In this document: piece after piece, positions 13,160 to 26,679 of the stretch
How positions within the stretch are numbered: the first letter of the stretch is position 1
Layout of the letters: each line of letters opens with the position of its first letter
Source: Eledone cirrhosa
Lineage: Eukaryota
Length of the DNA stretch: 64,000 nucleotides
Direction: 5' to 3'
Assembly (NCBI GenBank): GCA_964016885.1
Contig: OZ024742.1
Location: forward strand, 80,414,001-80,478,000
The notes under the pieces: model-generated
The model's database searches: none
Seen by the model: only the letters and a program-made list of their open reading frames with translations
What the model was told of the DNA's origin: nothing
Position numbers and translations under genes: made by a program

Positions 13160-13354
13160 GCATTTTCCTTTCCTAGGGCTAAACGTCCCAGGAACGACAA
13201 AATATATGACCTCCTGCCAGCAAATAAAGGTATGAAAGGTCGTAAAAGTGACCCGTATGTAAACTGGACCGAAGTAAAAGCGGGAAAATCAAAGACTTGC
13301 TGTCTACAATTACTACTAAAAAAGTAGCAAATAGGTAGATATGTATATATGACA

Positions 13355-13504
13355 GATCAGTATTTCAGGAAGCCGGTACAGTGCGGTAGAAATATACAAA
13401 GGGTGAATGATGACAAATAAACCATTATTTCCTTTTACCTTATTTGTCATTCTTCGCCCTTTATATTTCTACCGCACTGTACCAGCTTTATGAAATACTG
13501 ATCA
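13355..13504. repeat. Fold-back inverted repeat (~65-bp arms)
   Basis: 13355-13420 is approximately the reverse complement of 13440-13504. Confidence 0.75.
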
Positions 13505-13593
13505 GTCCTTTATTAAATATTTCATAATGTTTCATATCAACTATACAAATATATGTACATATATATATATATAAACACACCCACACAAACATT

Positions 13594-13670
<77 letters not shown>

Positions 13671-13820
13671 ATATATATATATGTCAAGCTTTCTAACGTA
13701 TGTTATTACTCTAAGGTACACTATCTTATCGAGTACTTTGCTACACATTCCGGATTGCATATCGTTAGCTTGGCCACACCCACACTTTCGATTTTACTGA
13801 ACTTCCATTTGTATATATAT

Positions 13821-13937
<117 letters not shown>

Positions 13938-15189
13938 AAAAATAAGTAGAACATCTTTAAGGAGGTTTATTTACAATAATTTATAACTTTACCGGTTTCA
14001 CAATCTTCATGATTTTCAAAGTTTAAGAAATGTGGTGTGATGTGCTGTTATGCTGACTTCGAATTGGCATCTAACGGATGCAGGGAATTTCTTTCAGTTT
14101 TATGCTAGAAATATAGCTCCAATTGCTATATGTTTGAAGTACAATTCGCTATATTGAGGAAGATCACGAGATTTAGCAAGGATGTTTTTTTTTTATATTT
14201 TACGACATAGGATCGGGAGTATCATACAGATAATTGGCTCGAATTTAGATTATAATTCATCAGGTTGAGCATCCTCATGTGATTAGATAATAAATTTGGG
14301 GGTACTTTCGTTCCAAAAAGAGGAGTGCCGTGTTTTAATGAATATGGGCGGTAGCAATTCATGTCTACTATGTTCAATAGTGAATGAGTCACAAAACAAG
14401 TTACATAGCACGGGTGAACAATACATTTTAATGATGTTATATGTCAGTTCAATGTTTAATAGTATGTTGATTTTGAGTTTATTGAGTTTACCGCTTAAGA
14501 AGAAGTATTGTTTACTTATGATCTGTAACCTCCCATAAAACATATAATTATTGATGAAATAATTACAAGAGTTAACTATGTTTATTGAGATCTACATGAT
14601 CGACTAAACGCTAGATGGGAGTGCATTATCATGACCACATTGCAATGATTAAAACCAGCAAAAGAATAAAATAACACATATGCAAATATGTATTTAAATT
14701 AGTATACGTTATAAATCTTCACACAATCGTTTATGTCTACACGACCTTGTATTATATAATTTGATGTGCTACTTAAAAATTAATTATTTAAATGAAAGTG
14801 ATACGCAGTTTTGATTTGATAATTGGAATATGACAGAAAAGTGGGAAATAAATAAATAGGTTTGTTGGAAATTAAAATTAAACGATATTCCAAAATCCTC
14901 ATAATTGCTGTCAAGAGAATTGTAGATATAAGGAAGGATGGGGAAAGTAAAAGAGCATGTGTAATTTCTTTCATAAAATAATACTATAATTGAAAATTAA
15001 AATAGCGCAACATTTAAGAGTCTAGAAATACTCCTTTGAGAATATGCAGGAGTAAACATAACATTAATTGTGAGGAGTAAATAGAGGGAAAATGATACAA
15101 AATGACTCAGAAAGCGATAGTGAAAAAAACAAGGACGATGTATCAAAATATTAGTTTTGAAGAACAAATGATGATTTAAACCAAGGAAG

Positions 15190-15396
15190 AAAATATATAT
15201 ACTCACGCACGCATACACAGAAACAACCTACATAAACGTATTGTATACCAAAGCATATACAATACGTTTATGTAGGTGTGCTTTTGTGTATGCGTGCGTC
15301 AGTATGAATATTTTCGTCACTAACATAGCAGGATTAATCATAGTACGTATATGAAAGCGTATACGTTCTATTATTAATCATGCTATGTTAGTGACG
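15190..15396. repeat. Two adjacent long hairpins
   Basis: ACGCACGCATACAC..CCTACATAAACGTATTGTATA inverted at 15255-15316; CGTCACTAACATAGCA..TGCTATGTTAGTGACG at 15316-15396. Confidence 0.75.
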
Positions 15397-15769
15397 ATTG
15401 TAGTTATCACCTTATATATATATATATATATATACATATAAATACTATAATAAAAGGTCTGCGGGATTGCGTACGGTTTTTTGTTATCCCGTTTGTTAAA
15501 TAAGTTGGATTACTTTGAATAAATAATTAATGAATATTATATAATTTATCTACTTAATTTCAAAGTTGCACTTCCGGTATATCCTCGCCACCACCACTAC
15601 TTCAACTAACAGATATATAGAAAGAGAGAGTGTGTGATGAGAGAGATAGATAGATTATGACTTTCTACACGCTGACGCGTATGATAGTGCACATACATAC
15701 ATCTATATGTATGAGTATATAACTATAATCGCGCAAACACAAACTTATAAAAATACACTCTCACGGACA

Positions 15770-16000
15770 TAATTCACACAAATACACATAGTTTCACACA
15801 AATATACATACATTCACACATACTTTCACACAAACATACATACATTCACACAAATATACATACATTCAGACAAATATACATACATTCACATACTTTCACA
15901 CACATACACATACATTCACACATATACATTTACACAAACATAGATACATTCACACAAACATACATACATTCACACATATGCATTTACACAAACACACACA
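15770..16000 (+). repeat. Degenerate minisatellite (CACACAAATATACATACATT-like, ~20-bp unit)
   Basis: Visible tandem units. Confidence 0.7.
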
Positions 16001-16059
16001 TACAGTCAAGATTGCGTTCGGTTTAATTGGAGATGGGAAGGTAAAACAAGTATAACGTT

Positions 16060-16745
16060 TTATTTATTAAGTGTTTCTTTTTAAACTCATTTAATGTAAT
16101 GGTTACAGAACGGAAATACTAACAGATATCATATATACAAAGGAAAAGGAAAGGAAAAAAAGAAAGAAAAAAATACACAAGCATGTATACACACATCTTA
16201 GACCCCATAGAACAAAATGCAGACGAAAGGGGTGGAAAAACGAGCCGCTACCAGAGCAAAAGATAGCTATATAGCGAGGAGCACTGGGAAACATCTCTAA
16301 TCATTTTTTGGGCAGGCCAACACGCTCGCAGCGTTACCTGGGGTGATGGCGAGGCTGGGGTGCTGGAACAACCACGTGCCCTCACGAGCATCACCAGTTA
16401 CCTCTGTTTGGCGACCCACCAGTGAAGATAAGAACCTCGCTTGCACTAGACCGACTCCCTCAAACGTCTCGAACTCAACAGGCTGGATAATGAAGTTAGC
16501 TGACAGAACACGGTATTTTAGGATTTTGTTCCGTTCAGCTGCAGATGCTGTAGCTCTCACCCTTACCGTTGCATCCAGAATGTGGGAAGACGGAAACGAG
16601 TCACTAACTGTCACGTCCCAGCTAAAGCACCTGCCTCTTGACCAGGAGCACAGAGTAAGACCATCAAGTTTCTCATCAATTCAGGACAACCCAGAGGGTT
16701 CCAGAAGTGAGGGGATGTTTGCCCGGGCCAAATGTCTCGACTGGT
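16060..16745 (-). mobile_element. CRE-clade-like non-LTR retrotransposon 3' fragment (restriction-like endonuclease)
   Basis: Translation ANIPSLLEPSGL..DGLTL..W..G....WDVTV.D..AAERNKILKY..P..FET..LFQ..SLAI..GNAASVL matches the CRE/SLACS-type REL C-terminus as I recall it. Confidence 0.75.
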
Positions 16746-16939
16746 AATAGGGTAGTGTGTGTATGTGTGTGTGCGTGAGTTTGTCGGTGTTCTTAAATAG
16801 AGACACGTGTGTGTGTGTGACTGTTTTTAAGTTAGAGACATATATGTGTGTATCCCTTTCCTTCCTTTTACACACTCATACATTCACACAAACACACATA
16901 CACATTGCGTGATGGACTGGTGGACAGAAATGTATATAT

Positions 16940-17585
16940 ACTGTATGTGAATGGAGTTCCACTGAAGCAGGTAGAGAAGTTCAAGTAACTTGGAGCCGTG
17001 TTCATGAGTGATGGAATGCAGGAGACTGAATTAAGTGCAAGAATTGCGAAATCTGATGCAGTAAAGCGCCAGCCTCAGCAATCAGATGAAGCGGGGTAGG
17101 TGTAAAATCCAAACTCGCTGTCTTCCTGGCATTCCTGCCAACTCTTACCGCGGATCATGAATCTTGAGTAATCACCAAAAGAGTACAATTGCAAATAAAA
17201 GTGGCAGAAATGGGATTCCTCCGAAGGGTCTTTGGAGTAACGTTAATCGATAAAGTGCATAACTCAGAGACCAGAGAGTCACTCCTGGTAGAGCTGCTAC
17301 TCGTCCTATTTGAGAGATCACAACTCCGATATTATGAACATGTGGTTAGAATGTCTCAGTAAAGAATCGCTGGACACATTTTACAGGCAAAACCAACCGA
17401 CAAGAGACCCAGAGCTAGACCCTAAGCAAGATAGTTGGATAACATCCATGAGCTTGGCTGGACACGCATTGCGCTCCAGCTTCATTAGTTAGAGATGTTT
17501 TCTACTGACAGACTCGGTGGAAGGAGTGTTTGAGAAGGACTCTGTCCCCACGACTCTCTCAGAAATAAGTGGGTGAAGAACAAGA
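16940..17585 (+). mobile_element. RTE-clade LINE 3' fragment, decayed
   Basis: LKQVEKFK*LG, ARIAK, AEMGFLRRVFGVT..DKV.N, QLRYYEHVVRM, KRPRARP..RWLDNI. Confidence 0.8.
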
Positions 17586-17712
17586 TATTGTCAATTTAAT
17601 TTTCAATTTACATATATCTATATGCAGATATATTTGCGTATAATACTAATATGCACACTACATATGCTAGCAGAAAACCGCTGGGAGGCGGTATTTCTGC
17701 TAGTATGTATGT

Positions 17713-17781
<69 letters not shown>

Positions 17782-17790
17782 AATACATAC

Positions 17791-17881
<91 letters not shown>

Positions 17882-17891
17882 TACATCTGTA

Positions 17892-17995
<104 letters not shown>

Positions 17996-18021
17996 TAGAA
18001 TTGGTGCACTGAAATAGCGAT

Positions 18022-18590
18022 ATATATATGAATGTATATATAGTGTATTTTGCAATGCACTGTATGCTTAATTAAAAGCATTTCGAAGACCATACGCTAT
18101 TGTTTTAGTCTCACTTCATTTAATTTTCAGCAAACAGGGGAGATAAAGCTGACAGAGCTCTTGTTGGTGCTTATCAAAGCTAAGTACCCCGCCTGTTTGC
18201 TGAAAATCATGAATGTTTGATTCTTATAGAATTCTAGTAATAATCAGGAATTGATATATACATTCATATATATATCGTTATTTCAGACCACCATTTCTAA
18301 TTTTCAATTTCTGCTTGACCGGAAACCGCTCTGTATAATCAGTTCCTGATTATTACTAGAATTCTATAAGAATCAAACATTCATGCTTTTCAGCAAACAT
18401 GCGGATTACTTTGCTTTGATAAGCACCAAAAAGTGCGAAACAGAGCTCTGTCAGCTTTATCTCCCCTGTTTGCTGAAAATGAAATTAAGTGAGACTGTCA
18501 CTACTCTAAAACAATAGCGTATGGTCTTCGAAATGCTTTTAATTAATCATACAGTGTATTGCAAAATACACTATATATACATTCATATAT
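18022..18590. repeat. Long fold-back element (~240-bp arms, ~70-bp spacer) with an HHR motif
   Basis: 18022-18262 is approximately the reverse complement of 18331-18590. Confidence 0.88.
18413..18455 (+). ncRNA. Hammerhead motif with U3-A8 core
   Basis: GCU UUGAUAA GCAC-CAAAAA-GUGC GAAA CAGAGCUCUG UC AGC. Confidence 0.72.
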
Positions 18591-19639
18591 GTATATGTAT
18601 GTATGTATATGTATGATGTATGTATGTATATATGTATATATATATTATATATATATACATATATTAACATATAGGCACACTAATATGATGTGTGATGGAT
18701 AAAAGTGAATAGATAAAAGGAGTCGGGAGAATTTTAAATATAGATCTAAAGAGAGAAAACATATGCAAGTCTTGTAAAGGAAGACACTATGTTTAGGAAA
18801 TGTAGATATAGAGCACGAAGAGAAAAAGTTGATTAAACATGTATTCTAAATCAATATTTTCTTAACTTGAAATAATACAAATATTTATGAATTAGCCATT
18901 GATGAAGGAGATGTAAGATTCTGTTGGGATATCAATGTAATTATAATGGGCTTACTTGGGATGCTATGACTGAAAATGTTCGATAACATATGTAGGAGAT
19001 CACAAGAGGTATGAGCAATAAGAAACCACACATATTTATAAAGCTCGGTCAAATGTAATCGAATACTGTTTTAAATGATTGTCGAGATATTGGCTTGAAC
19101 CTTTGTCATATTGCATGTGTACATTGACTAGACACATTGAAAATTAACCACTACAAATTGTAGTTATACATGGGTGTTAAACATGAGTGTTAAATCCAGT
19201 TGTGAAATTTCTAATATAGACACATGCTACACTTTCAGTTATGTTAAAAAGAACATCTAAAATGTATTACATGGCAACGAAATCTTGTACACTCCATATG
19301 CTTGTAACAATCATGATTTAGTAGCTAGTGGCGTCAAATATATATTACCTATATTCCGTAACATCACGTATTTACAGAGAACAATACCTTAAGTTTATTG
19401 GATGAAAATTATAGTGGCGCAAGAGAACCCTAGTCTTCATTAAGACATCTCTCTATTGTATAACCACTCTGTAAAACCTATGTCTTCATTTGCATCCAAT
19501 GATGTAGACAGATCAGTTACATTCATTGTATATAAACTAATTATGAGCACTTAAAATCCTGGTGAATCAGAACTTAACGCAGAAACCTGTATAGCTTTGT
19601 AAGCTCCACATTATAATTTTCAATACTATGGTGAAACAC

Positions 19640-19880
19640 TGTCACAACAGATACGAATTTGTCAGGACAAATGAGCATAGTCAGCATTTTTCATTAGGCA
19701 ATCCTATTCACCGTATCAACATAATTTGTCAAGTCAACAAAGACACGATAGACTTCAATTCTGTGTCCAATGCTCTTCTTCTCCAGTTTATCGTATGTTA
19801 TCGTTCTAGCGCCCATGAAGCCTCAGTGCGGCTCGGACAGCAGATTGCCAATAACGGTATTAACCAATCTATCCAACCTG
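19640..19880 (-). mobile_element. Old LINE (RTE-like) RT fragment
   Basis: Minus-strand translation LDRL...LLSEPH*GF...VFVDLT..DTVNR resembles RT motif FVDLxKAFDTVNR. Confidence 0.45.
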
Positions 19881-20213
19881 AAAATGTACCCACTACATTC
19901 ATGTATCTGTTTTTTCTGGTGAGTGTCTGTATGTTTATGAATATTGATGGACAAATTAACAAATAAAACCATAATTCAAATTATAATGAAGAAGATAATT
20001 TTATATTTTAAGAGATTTAATTAACCGTGTTTGATTATTTGCTTCATTGATAGAAACACATATGTATCATTTTGAGATGATGTGGGCAGATAGGGAGAAG
20101 TCAAACAGTTAATGGTTATATATATATATATGCGAGTGTGTGTAAGTGACTTGGTGTGAGGGTCAGTTTTTACGTGTCTGTGTATTCCTGCACGCGAGTT
20201 TTTATGTATCTGT

Positions 20214-20291
<78 letters not shown>

Positions 20292-20379
20292 CATATATAT
20301 GTATGTATATATGTATATATATTTATATATATATATATATATTCTCATATATGTAAATATACATACACACACACATACA

Positions 20380-20446
<67 letters not shown>

Positions 20447-22004
20447 GTGTGTGTGTGTGTGTGTACGTATATTTACATATATGAGATTATACGGTGAAAC
20501 ATTCGTTAGCATGCCTCTTTAGTCTTAGATACTACTAATATGTTAATCTCAGCGAATTTATATTCATTACTCGTACGCAATATGTATATGTGTATATTGA
20601 AATGGGTATCTATAGATCTATTTCACCACTAGTTAATATATGTATACGGCTCTTCATTCACTCTTGAATCAATTTATCCATACTTGCACGAAAGCGAAAA
20701 CAAATTTCATTACATACTGGCACATAAATACGGAAACACATATTTACACTGCACACACATACACACCTATATATATATATATATACATACATACACACAA
20801 ACACACACAGACCCCCCCCCCCCCCCTCCACACACATATATATGTATATACCATTAATGTTTTTGAAATATATATATATATATATATATATATACCATTA
20901 ATGTTTTTGAAATATATATATATATATATGTATGTCCGTGTGTAAGCCATTGTGTTGTTTTGTGCGCGCATATGTGAGTGATTTTGTAATAATGTGCGCA
21001 AGATAACAAATACAATTTTGAAGAACATACTAATACGAGATGTATTGATTATTTATACAATTTATAGAAAAAAAGAGAAGATATAAAAAAAAAGCATTAC
21101 GTAAATCGGTAATATGAATAGCTACATAATGAAGCACATAAATAGTTTTATATATATTTTCCCAATTATCTCAAATGGCATCGAACGTAAATAGGACATT
21201 ATAATTGGTAAGCTAACAAAAACAACATTACCTATTTTACTTGTAGTTCTCTCATATTCATACAGTGAATAGAAAGTTGATCTTGTTCACTATTAAATTA
21301 AATTGAGCGACAGCACTGACTGTGTGGTGTCCCAAGTATTAATTATATATATACATATGTGTGTGTGTGTGTGTGTCTTTGTGTGTGTGTGTTTGTACTT
21401 ATATGTGTGTTTGTAACTGTTTGTCCGTACCGTTATATATTACACGAATTATTTTACATTATTAAATGTTTCATAGATATTTTGTTTAAGGAATATCATA
21501 ATACCTGCGATTATACCTGAATTTTATTTTATGATTATGAAGAAGGAAATGTAATGGTAATTATATCATTGGAAATGAAGAAATACCCTATTGTGTTATT
21601 GTGTTCAGCACAACGAGGCAAAACGTATCAGTGGCCTGATTTGAGTACGTGAGCCAGTTTCTTACAACAACTTATACACCTAAAATGCGATCGTACAGAT
21701 GGAGAAAACCTCTTTGGGTAAGGTTTTTCTTATTACAAAATACCAAACATATATCAAGAAAAGATACTGTGCTATGAGTAGAAATATGCTGAAAAAGCTT
21801 CAGGAAGAGATACATATAGGTTTGTTGAAAGCTTCATCACCATCTGGATCGCAATTTATAACAATTCTACATACGTCTAGTAGTGGTGTACATTTTTAAT
21901 GTAAGAAGCTAGAAGAATCTGCCCAATATTAACATCTAAGTATTTTAAAACCCCTAATGTCGGCTGTATTATTTTATATGAGACATAATTAAATAAATCT
22001 CACT

Positions 22005-22128
22005 TTCCATACGATCGTTTCATTATAAGATTTCTACAAGGTGGAAGAAATAAGTCCAAGTTATGTAGAAGCCTGCATATAATGAACAGATTTATTTGCA
22101 GGTGGGCCCTTATAACTCTTCGGTGGAA
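22005..22128 (-). ncRNA. Hammerhead motif with branched, extended stem II
   Basis: UUCCA CCGAAGA GUUAUAAG..CUUAUAAU GAAA CGAUCG UA UGGAA; 5-bp helix I. Confidence 0.72.
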
Positions 22129-22715
22129 TGCCCAGGCAATATTAATATAAGAAATTACATCGATATTAATATTCAGCGATATTCACCGTCAGTGCTAGAA
22201 GAACCGCTAAGTTTAAAAGTCCAGCAGCCCTTAAAAAAAAATTCTCACACTGTCCCCAAATTGGAAGGGGAGGTTATCGCAAAATATGAAATAATATACA
22301 CGCAGGTCATTGAACGCTGTTAGGAATCCAAACCACGTGTTGAGAACTCAAATGGATAATTAAAAAAATATATATATGTACATATTATTTAAGTATACAT
22401 ATAAATATTTTCTCAGGCAAAATAACTGACATGAGATACAGGAAGAATCAATCAATATTTCATATAAAAAATAAATAAAGACAGTCATACCTAAATATCT
22501 GGAATTTTCATGTCAGGTCATCTAAGAGTATAATACTTAATACATTAACAGAGAAAGCTAATAGCGTTACTCCGACCAACTCCCATCTCACTCAACAAAC
22601 ATTAGGGAATACCTAAGTATATTCCCAATTATACGTTTGGGGTGCTAACTATATTGTATTATGTGGAAAGTCGGCTGTATTATTTTATATGAGACATAAT
22701 TAAATAAATCTCACT

Positions 22716-22813
22716 TTCCATACGATTGCTTCGTTATAAGATTCCTACAATGTAGAAGCCTGCATATAACAACATATTATTTGCGGGTGGGCCCTTATAA
22801 CTCTTCAGTGGAA
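22716..22813 (-). ncRNA. Hammerhead motif, sister copy (GAAA mutated to GAAG)
   Basis: UUCCA CUGAAGA GUUAUAAG..CUUAUAAC GAAG CAAUCG UA UGGAA. Confidence 0.6.
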
Positions 22814-23021
22814 TGCCCAGTTATGTATGTATAAATATTTATATATGTATATATGCGTGTCCTCTCCTATGCGCACTACTCTCTCTCACTCACTCTCTCT
22901 CACTCTATCTATATATATATGTGTGTGTGCGTTTATATGTGTCTGTGTGTGTGCATGCATGTACATACATATATACACGCACACACACACACATACACAC
23001 ACACACATATATATATATATT

Positions 23022-23075
<54 letters not shown>

Positions 23076-23089
23076 TGTGTATATGAGAG

Positions 23090-23935
23090 ACACGGATATA
23101 CGAGATTTTTCGCAAAAGTAAACGTACTGATACTCCTACGTACGACATGTTAACTCGGTGCCTAGTTGTTGTGTATGGACGTATTGGGTATGACATTGGC
23201 TGTGCGTAAATACGTGTTTCAACACGATCGATTGAGCCACGCGTGAAACAGTCTCTTTATGTTCAAGAGACTTTATAATCACTGTTTCAATTGCGATGCA
23301 GGATAATATCGAACAATCGTACGCGATAACATTTTGTGTGAAACATTTAATTCTTTAATTCACGCTTATGGAGATGCCCACTCTATTAAGAAATATGTTT
23401 TTTAAGTTATACAATGCTTTGAAAGAAGGCTGACAAAATGTTGAAGACGATTTCGTTCTGGAAGGCCAATATATTCAACAAATGAAAGATATGTGGAAGT
23501 GGTGCGAATGGTGATGCCGAAATATCGCGGAGATACTTTTAGTAAGATTGTACATGGATCCAATGTGAAAAAGGTTATTATCATTTATGAAGTCTTACCT
23601 ACTTGACAGACGATTAAGAGCTCCATCTACAGTGTTAGTACAACTTCGAAAACAGGTCTTGCTATTTTGGAAATGCATCGCTGGAAATTGAGTACCGAAC
23701 AGCGAAAACGCAGATGCGCACACACTACTTTCAATCAGAGGATTTCCGGCGAAGAAAAACATTCCAACGTTTCAATATCCTTCATACTGCACAGATCTAA
23801 CTCCATGTGGTTTTTACTTCTTCCCTGAATTGTAATCGAGATGTGTGAGAAAAACGTTGGACACTCTGTTCGACTTCACAAGGGTTCTATTTTGAATGAG
23901 GTAAATTGTAATTTCATTTACATCTAATATAGGGA
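23090..23935 (+). mobile_element. Decayed Tc1/mariner transposon
   Basis: EQSYAI, AYGDA and VEDDFRSGRP remnants; similar to the 45575-46460 copy. Confidence 0.65.
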
Positions 23936-25015
23936 CATACAATGATGTGACGTTTGAAGGCCACAACAATGCGCAAAGGACGAACACAAAAATAAGAGGG
24001 AAGAAGATGCAATGTGTTAGCTTATTTATTAATCTAACTTGTTGTTTCCGACAGCATTACTTAGCACGTTTACCGATTTCGGATCTGTTCCGTTTTATAG
24101 AACTCAGAAGTGATTTTATCTCGACATATCAGGACATTTAAATAAACAAGCTAACACATAACACCCTCTTTCGTCTTATTTCCTTGTTCATACATTTCGA
24201 GGTCATGGCCTTCAAACTTCACATCAATTTCTCTCCCCCTCTCTATCTCTCTCTATCAATCTCTCTATCTCTTCCTCTCTCTCTCGCTCATATATATATA
24301 TATATATATATATTGGGTATGAGTCGAAGTGGTAGCCGCTATATAGCAGGTACTGATCGAATTGTTTGGTAAAGAACTCGATGAAGCGAAAAATTAATAC
24401 ATTATCGTACTGAGTAAACATAAAAGATAATCAAGTGTGACACAAAGAAAACCTACCTAAAGCACTGGCTATAAGTATCCCATAACAACGATACATAGAA
24501 ACAGGTTGAAAACTAACCTGGACCATCTCGAGTAGATTAGGGTCGATAGAATTCGATAAAAACTTTGATATGTTTCTGGAATGTCTGGAAACTACAGCAG
24601 AACTTTCATAATGCATATGCAATTCATGCGTGCGTTTCCACGATGAAACAGGTGTTCCCGCCCTCGAATGGTTTTGTTTCTTGTATCCAGTGGACCATCT
24701 CGAATCGATTAGAATCGATAGAAATTGATAAAATCTTCAATATGAATGAATCAAATACCCATGATTAGCATGAATTAAATATTTTAACTGGTTGATGAAC
24801 TTTTCGACCAATACAACGGGATTATTCAATTCTGCTATGTTGATCGCTTCAGAATGAAATATTTGGTCATGGGTTTTGTAAATATGTTAATTATGACTTT
24901 TAATACATTATGCCAAGATCAATACAGAAGAATTGAATATTCTGGTTGCATTGATCGAAAAGTTCGGTAATCAATTAAATAATTTCATGTAAGTTAATCC
25001 TGGATATTTTAATTC

Positions 25016-25051
<36 letters not shown>

Positions 25052-25219
25052 TCTGGGATATCGTATATATACTGTGATTGGAAATTTTCTGATTGGATTA
25101 TACTCTGAACTGTCATTTAACTACGTTGGTGTGGCCTATAAAATCAAATTTGTTGTTTGAAATATGATTTGACTTAATCTGGTTTTATTAACGCATCGAA
25201 ATTATATATATATATATAT

Positions 25220-25321
<102 letters not shown>

Positions 25322-25344
25322 GGATATATATTTTAAACCCTAAA

Positions 25345-25960
25345 CAGTGAAAGACAGTAATTTATTACCAGTAAGATAAATAGCTCAGTGTAATAACATA
25401 AGTTGTTCTATAGAGCATTTATATGGAATTCACAGGAATCAAAGTTATGTTCAAACCATTTATTAGCTTACAATTGTTACATCCAAACCGAGCTTTGGAG
25501 TCTTCGGTGCATTTTTCAATGTTTGTATACATACATGACCTCCTTTCCAACGCAAGAGACATACAGATACATATGTATATATTGATGCACAGTGGGGTGA
25601 CATATATTATATTATTTCTGAATGGCAATTTAAATTCAAAAATTAAAATCATATTAAATGAGAATAAAAGCAAAATTAAAATTAAAATACAATATCGGCA
25701 GTTAACGTAGATAATGTAAGAGGATAGTTTGTTAGTCAGTTGTAGTAGTTATTGTATGCATTAGTTACATGTGGGGCATGCACGTGTGTCTTGATTATAT
25801 ATGATTATTGTGCGGCAGGGTGTTATATGCAATACAAGCACTTTAAGCGGGTAATCAAGAGTATTATGGAGGTTGTAGAGGTAAGGTATTTTTTATGTAT
25901 GATAAAGAAGCTTGTGTGCAGAGAAATAGTATAAACGAGAAGCAAAATAATGTTATGGTT
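25345..25960 (-). mobile_element. PLE pseudo-LTR remnant related to 39040-39700, with a degenerate HHR at 25466-25510
   Basis: Shared blocks ATTACCAGTAAG..AAATAGCTCA and AAAGTTATGTTCAAA..ACAATTGTT; adjacent to a microsatellite. Confidence 0.6.
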
Positions 25961-26196
25961 TTTGTATACACTACCATTTTCACAATTCAGGAGACGTAAT
26001 ATATAGTTTATATGTCCTTCACATAATTAACGATCATTCGTAATAAATAACCGAAAGCGGCCTCTTCGCGGTGACCTCAATAGAGTATTTACCCAACATT
26101 TCAACAGCATGTAGAAGCTGACTAAATATACCGTCAACCATACACAATTAGGTGTAAATTTAAACTTAGAAGAAACGTGTACATACCGTAATTACA

Positions 26197-26273
26197 TCTC
26201 TACCATGGTTTCGTCCGTATTTTTAGATATCCTATTGTTAGGATGAATCTAGTGTAACAGACTCTTCAGGAGA
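26197..26273 (-). ncRNA. Canonical type-I hammerhead ribozyme motif
   Basis: UCUC CUGAAGA GUCUGU..ACGGAC GAAA CCAUGG UA GAGA; all core nucleotides intact, all helices pair. Confidence 0.82.
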
Positions 26274-26679
26274 CAAACTCAAGTTGGACAGTTAATTTTC
26301 TAAAGCGATCGCGCCAAAAATAAATTCAAAAATGGCTAAGAATCGTCACATGGCAGTGGTCAAGTTAGAAAGAATGTGATTAATTGCTTACGGCGGGTAG
26401 GCTGGTTGCTAGAAAGTGCAGCCCAATATCGCCAAATTGCATCTCAACCCAACGGGAGATTATTAAATATAAAGATTTACATATACATAAAGTCACAGAT
26501 ATATATGTGGCAAAAGGTCACGTTGTGGCTCAATGAAGAATTAATAAATTAAATAATCAGAGCAATATATCATACATCATGTCCTTAGTATTATTAGATA
26601 AAATATATAATTAGATAATATATATATATATATATATATAATAGCTAGATAGAGAGATAGATGCACACACACATATATC

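Larger units (their letters stand above)
12505..13322 (-). mobile_element. ORF-less tandem pseudo-LTR / retrozyme-like element: two ~330-bp direct repeats, period 487 bp, each with an HHR
   Basis: 12505-12835 is nearly identical to 12992-13322; full HHR motif in each copy. Confidence 0.8.
21958..22820 (-). mobile_element. Second ORF-less tandem HHR element: ~150-180-bp direct repeats 711 bp apart
   Basis: 21958-22136 matches 22670-22820; each folds as an HHR on the minus strand. Confidence 0.7.

Noticed and set aside
13985-14025. HHR-like UUGAAAA..GAAACCGGUA on the minus strand
   Set aside because: Helix I register is off by one and stem II is poor; probably a decayed motif, so not called
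19380-19630. Possible GIY-YIG remnant
   Set aside because: Too degenerate to translate convincingly
21610-21717. Exon-like segment (TTCAG ... GG|GTAAGG)
   Set aside because: Stops in all three frames; a non-coding exon cannot be supported without RNA data
24785-24985. Imperfect inverted repeat with CUGAAGC..GAAA
   Set aside because: Core and helix I are degenerate
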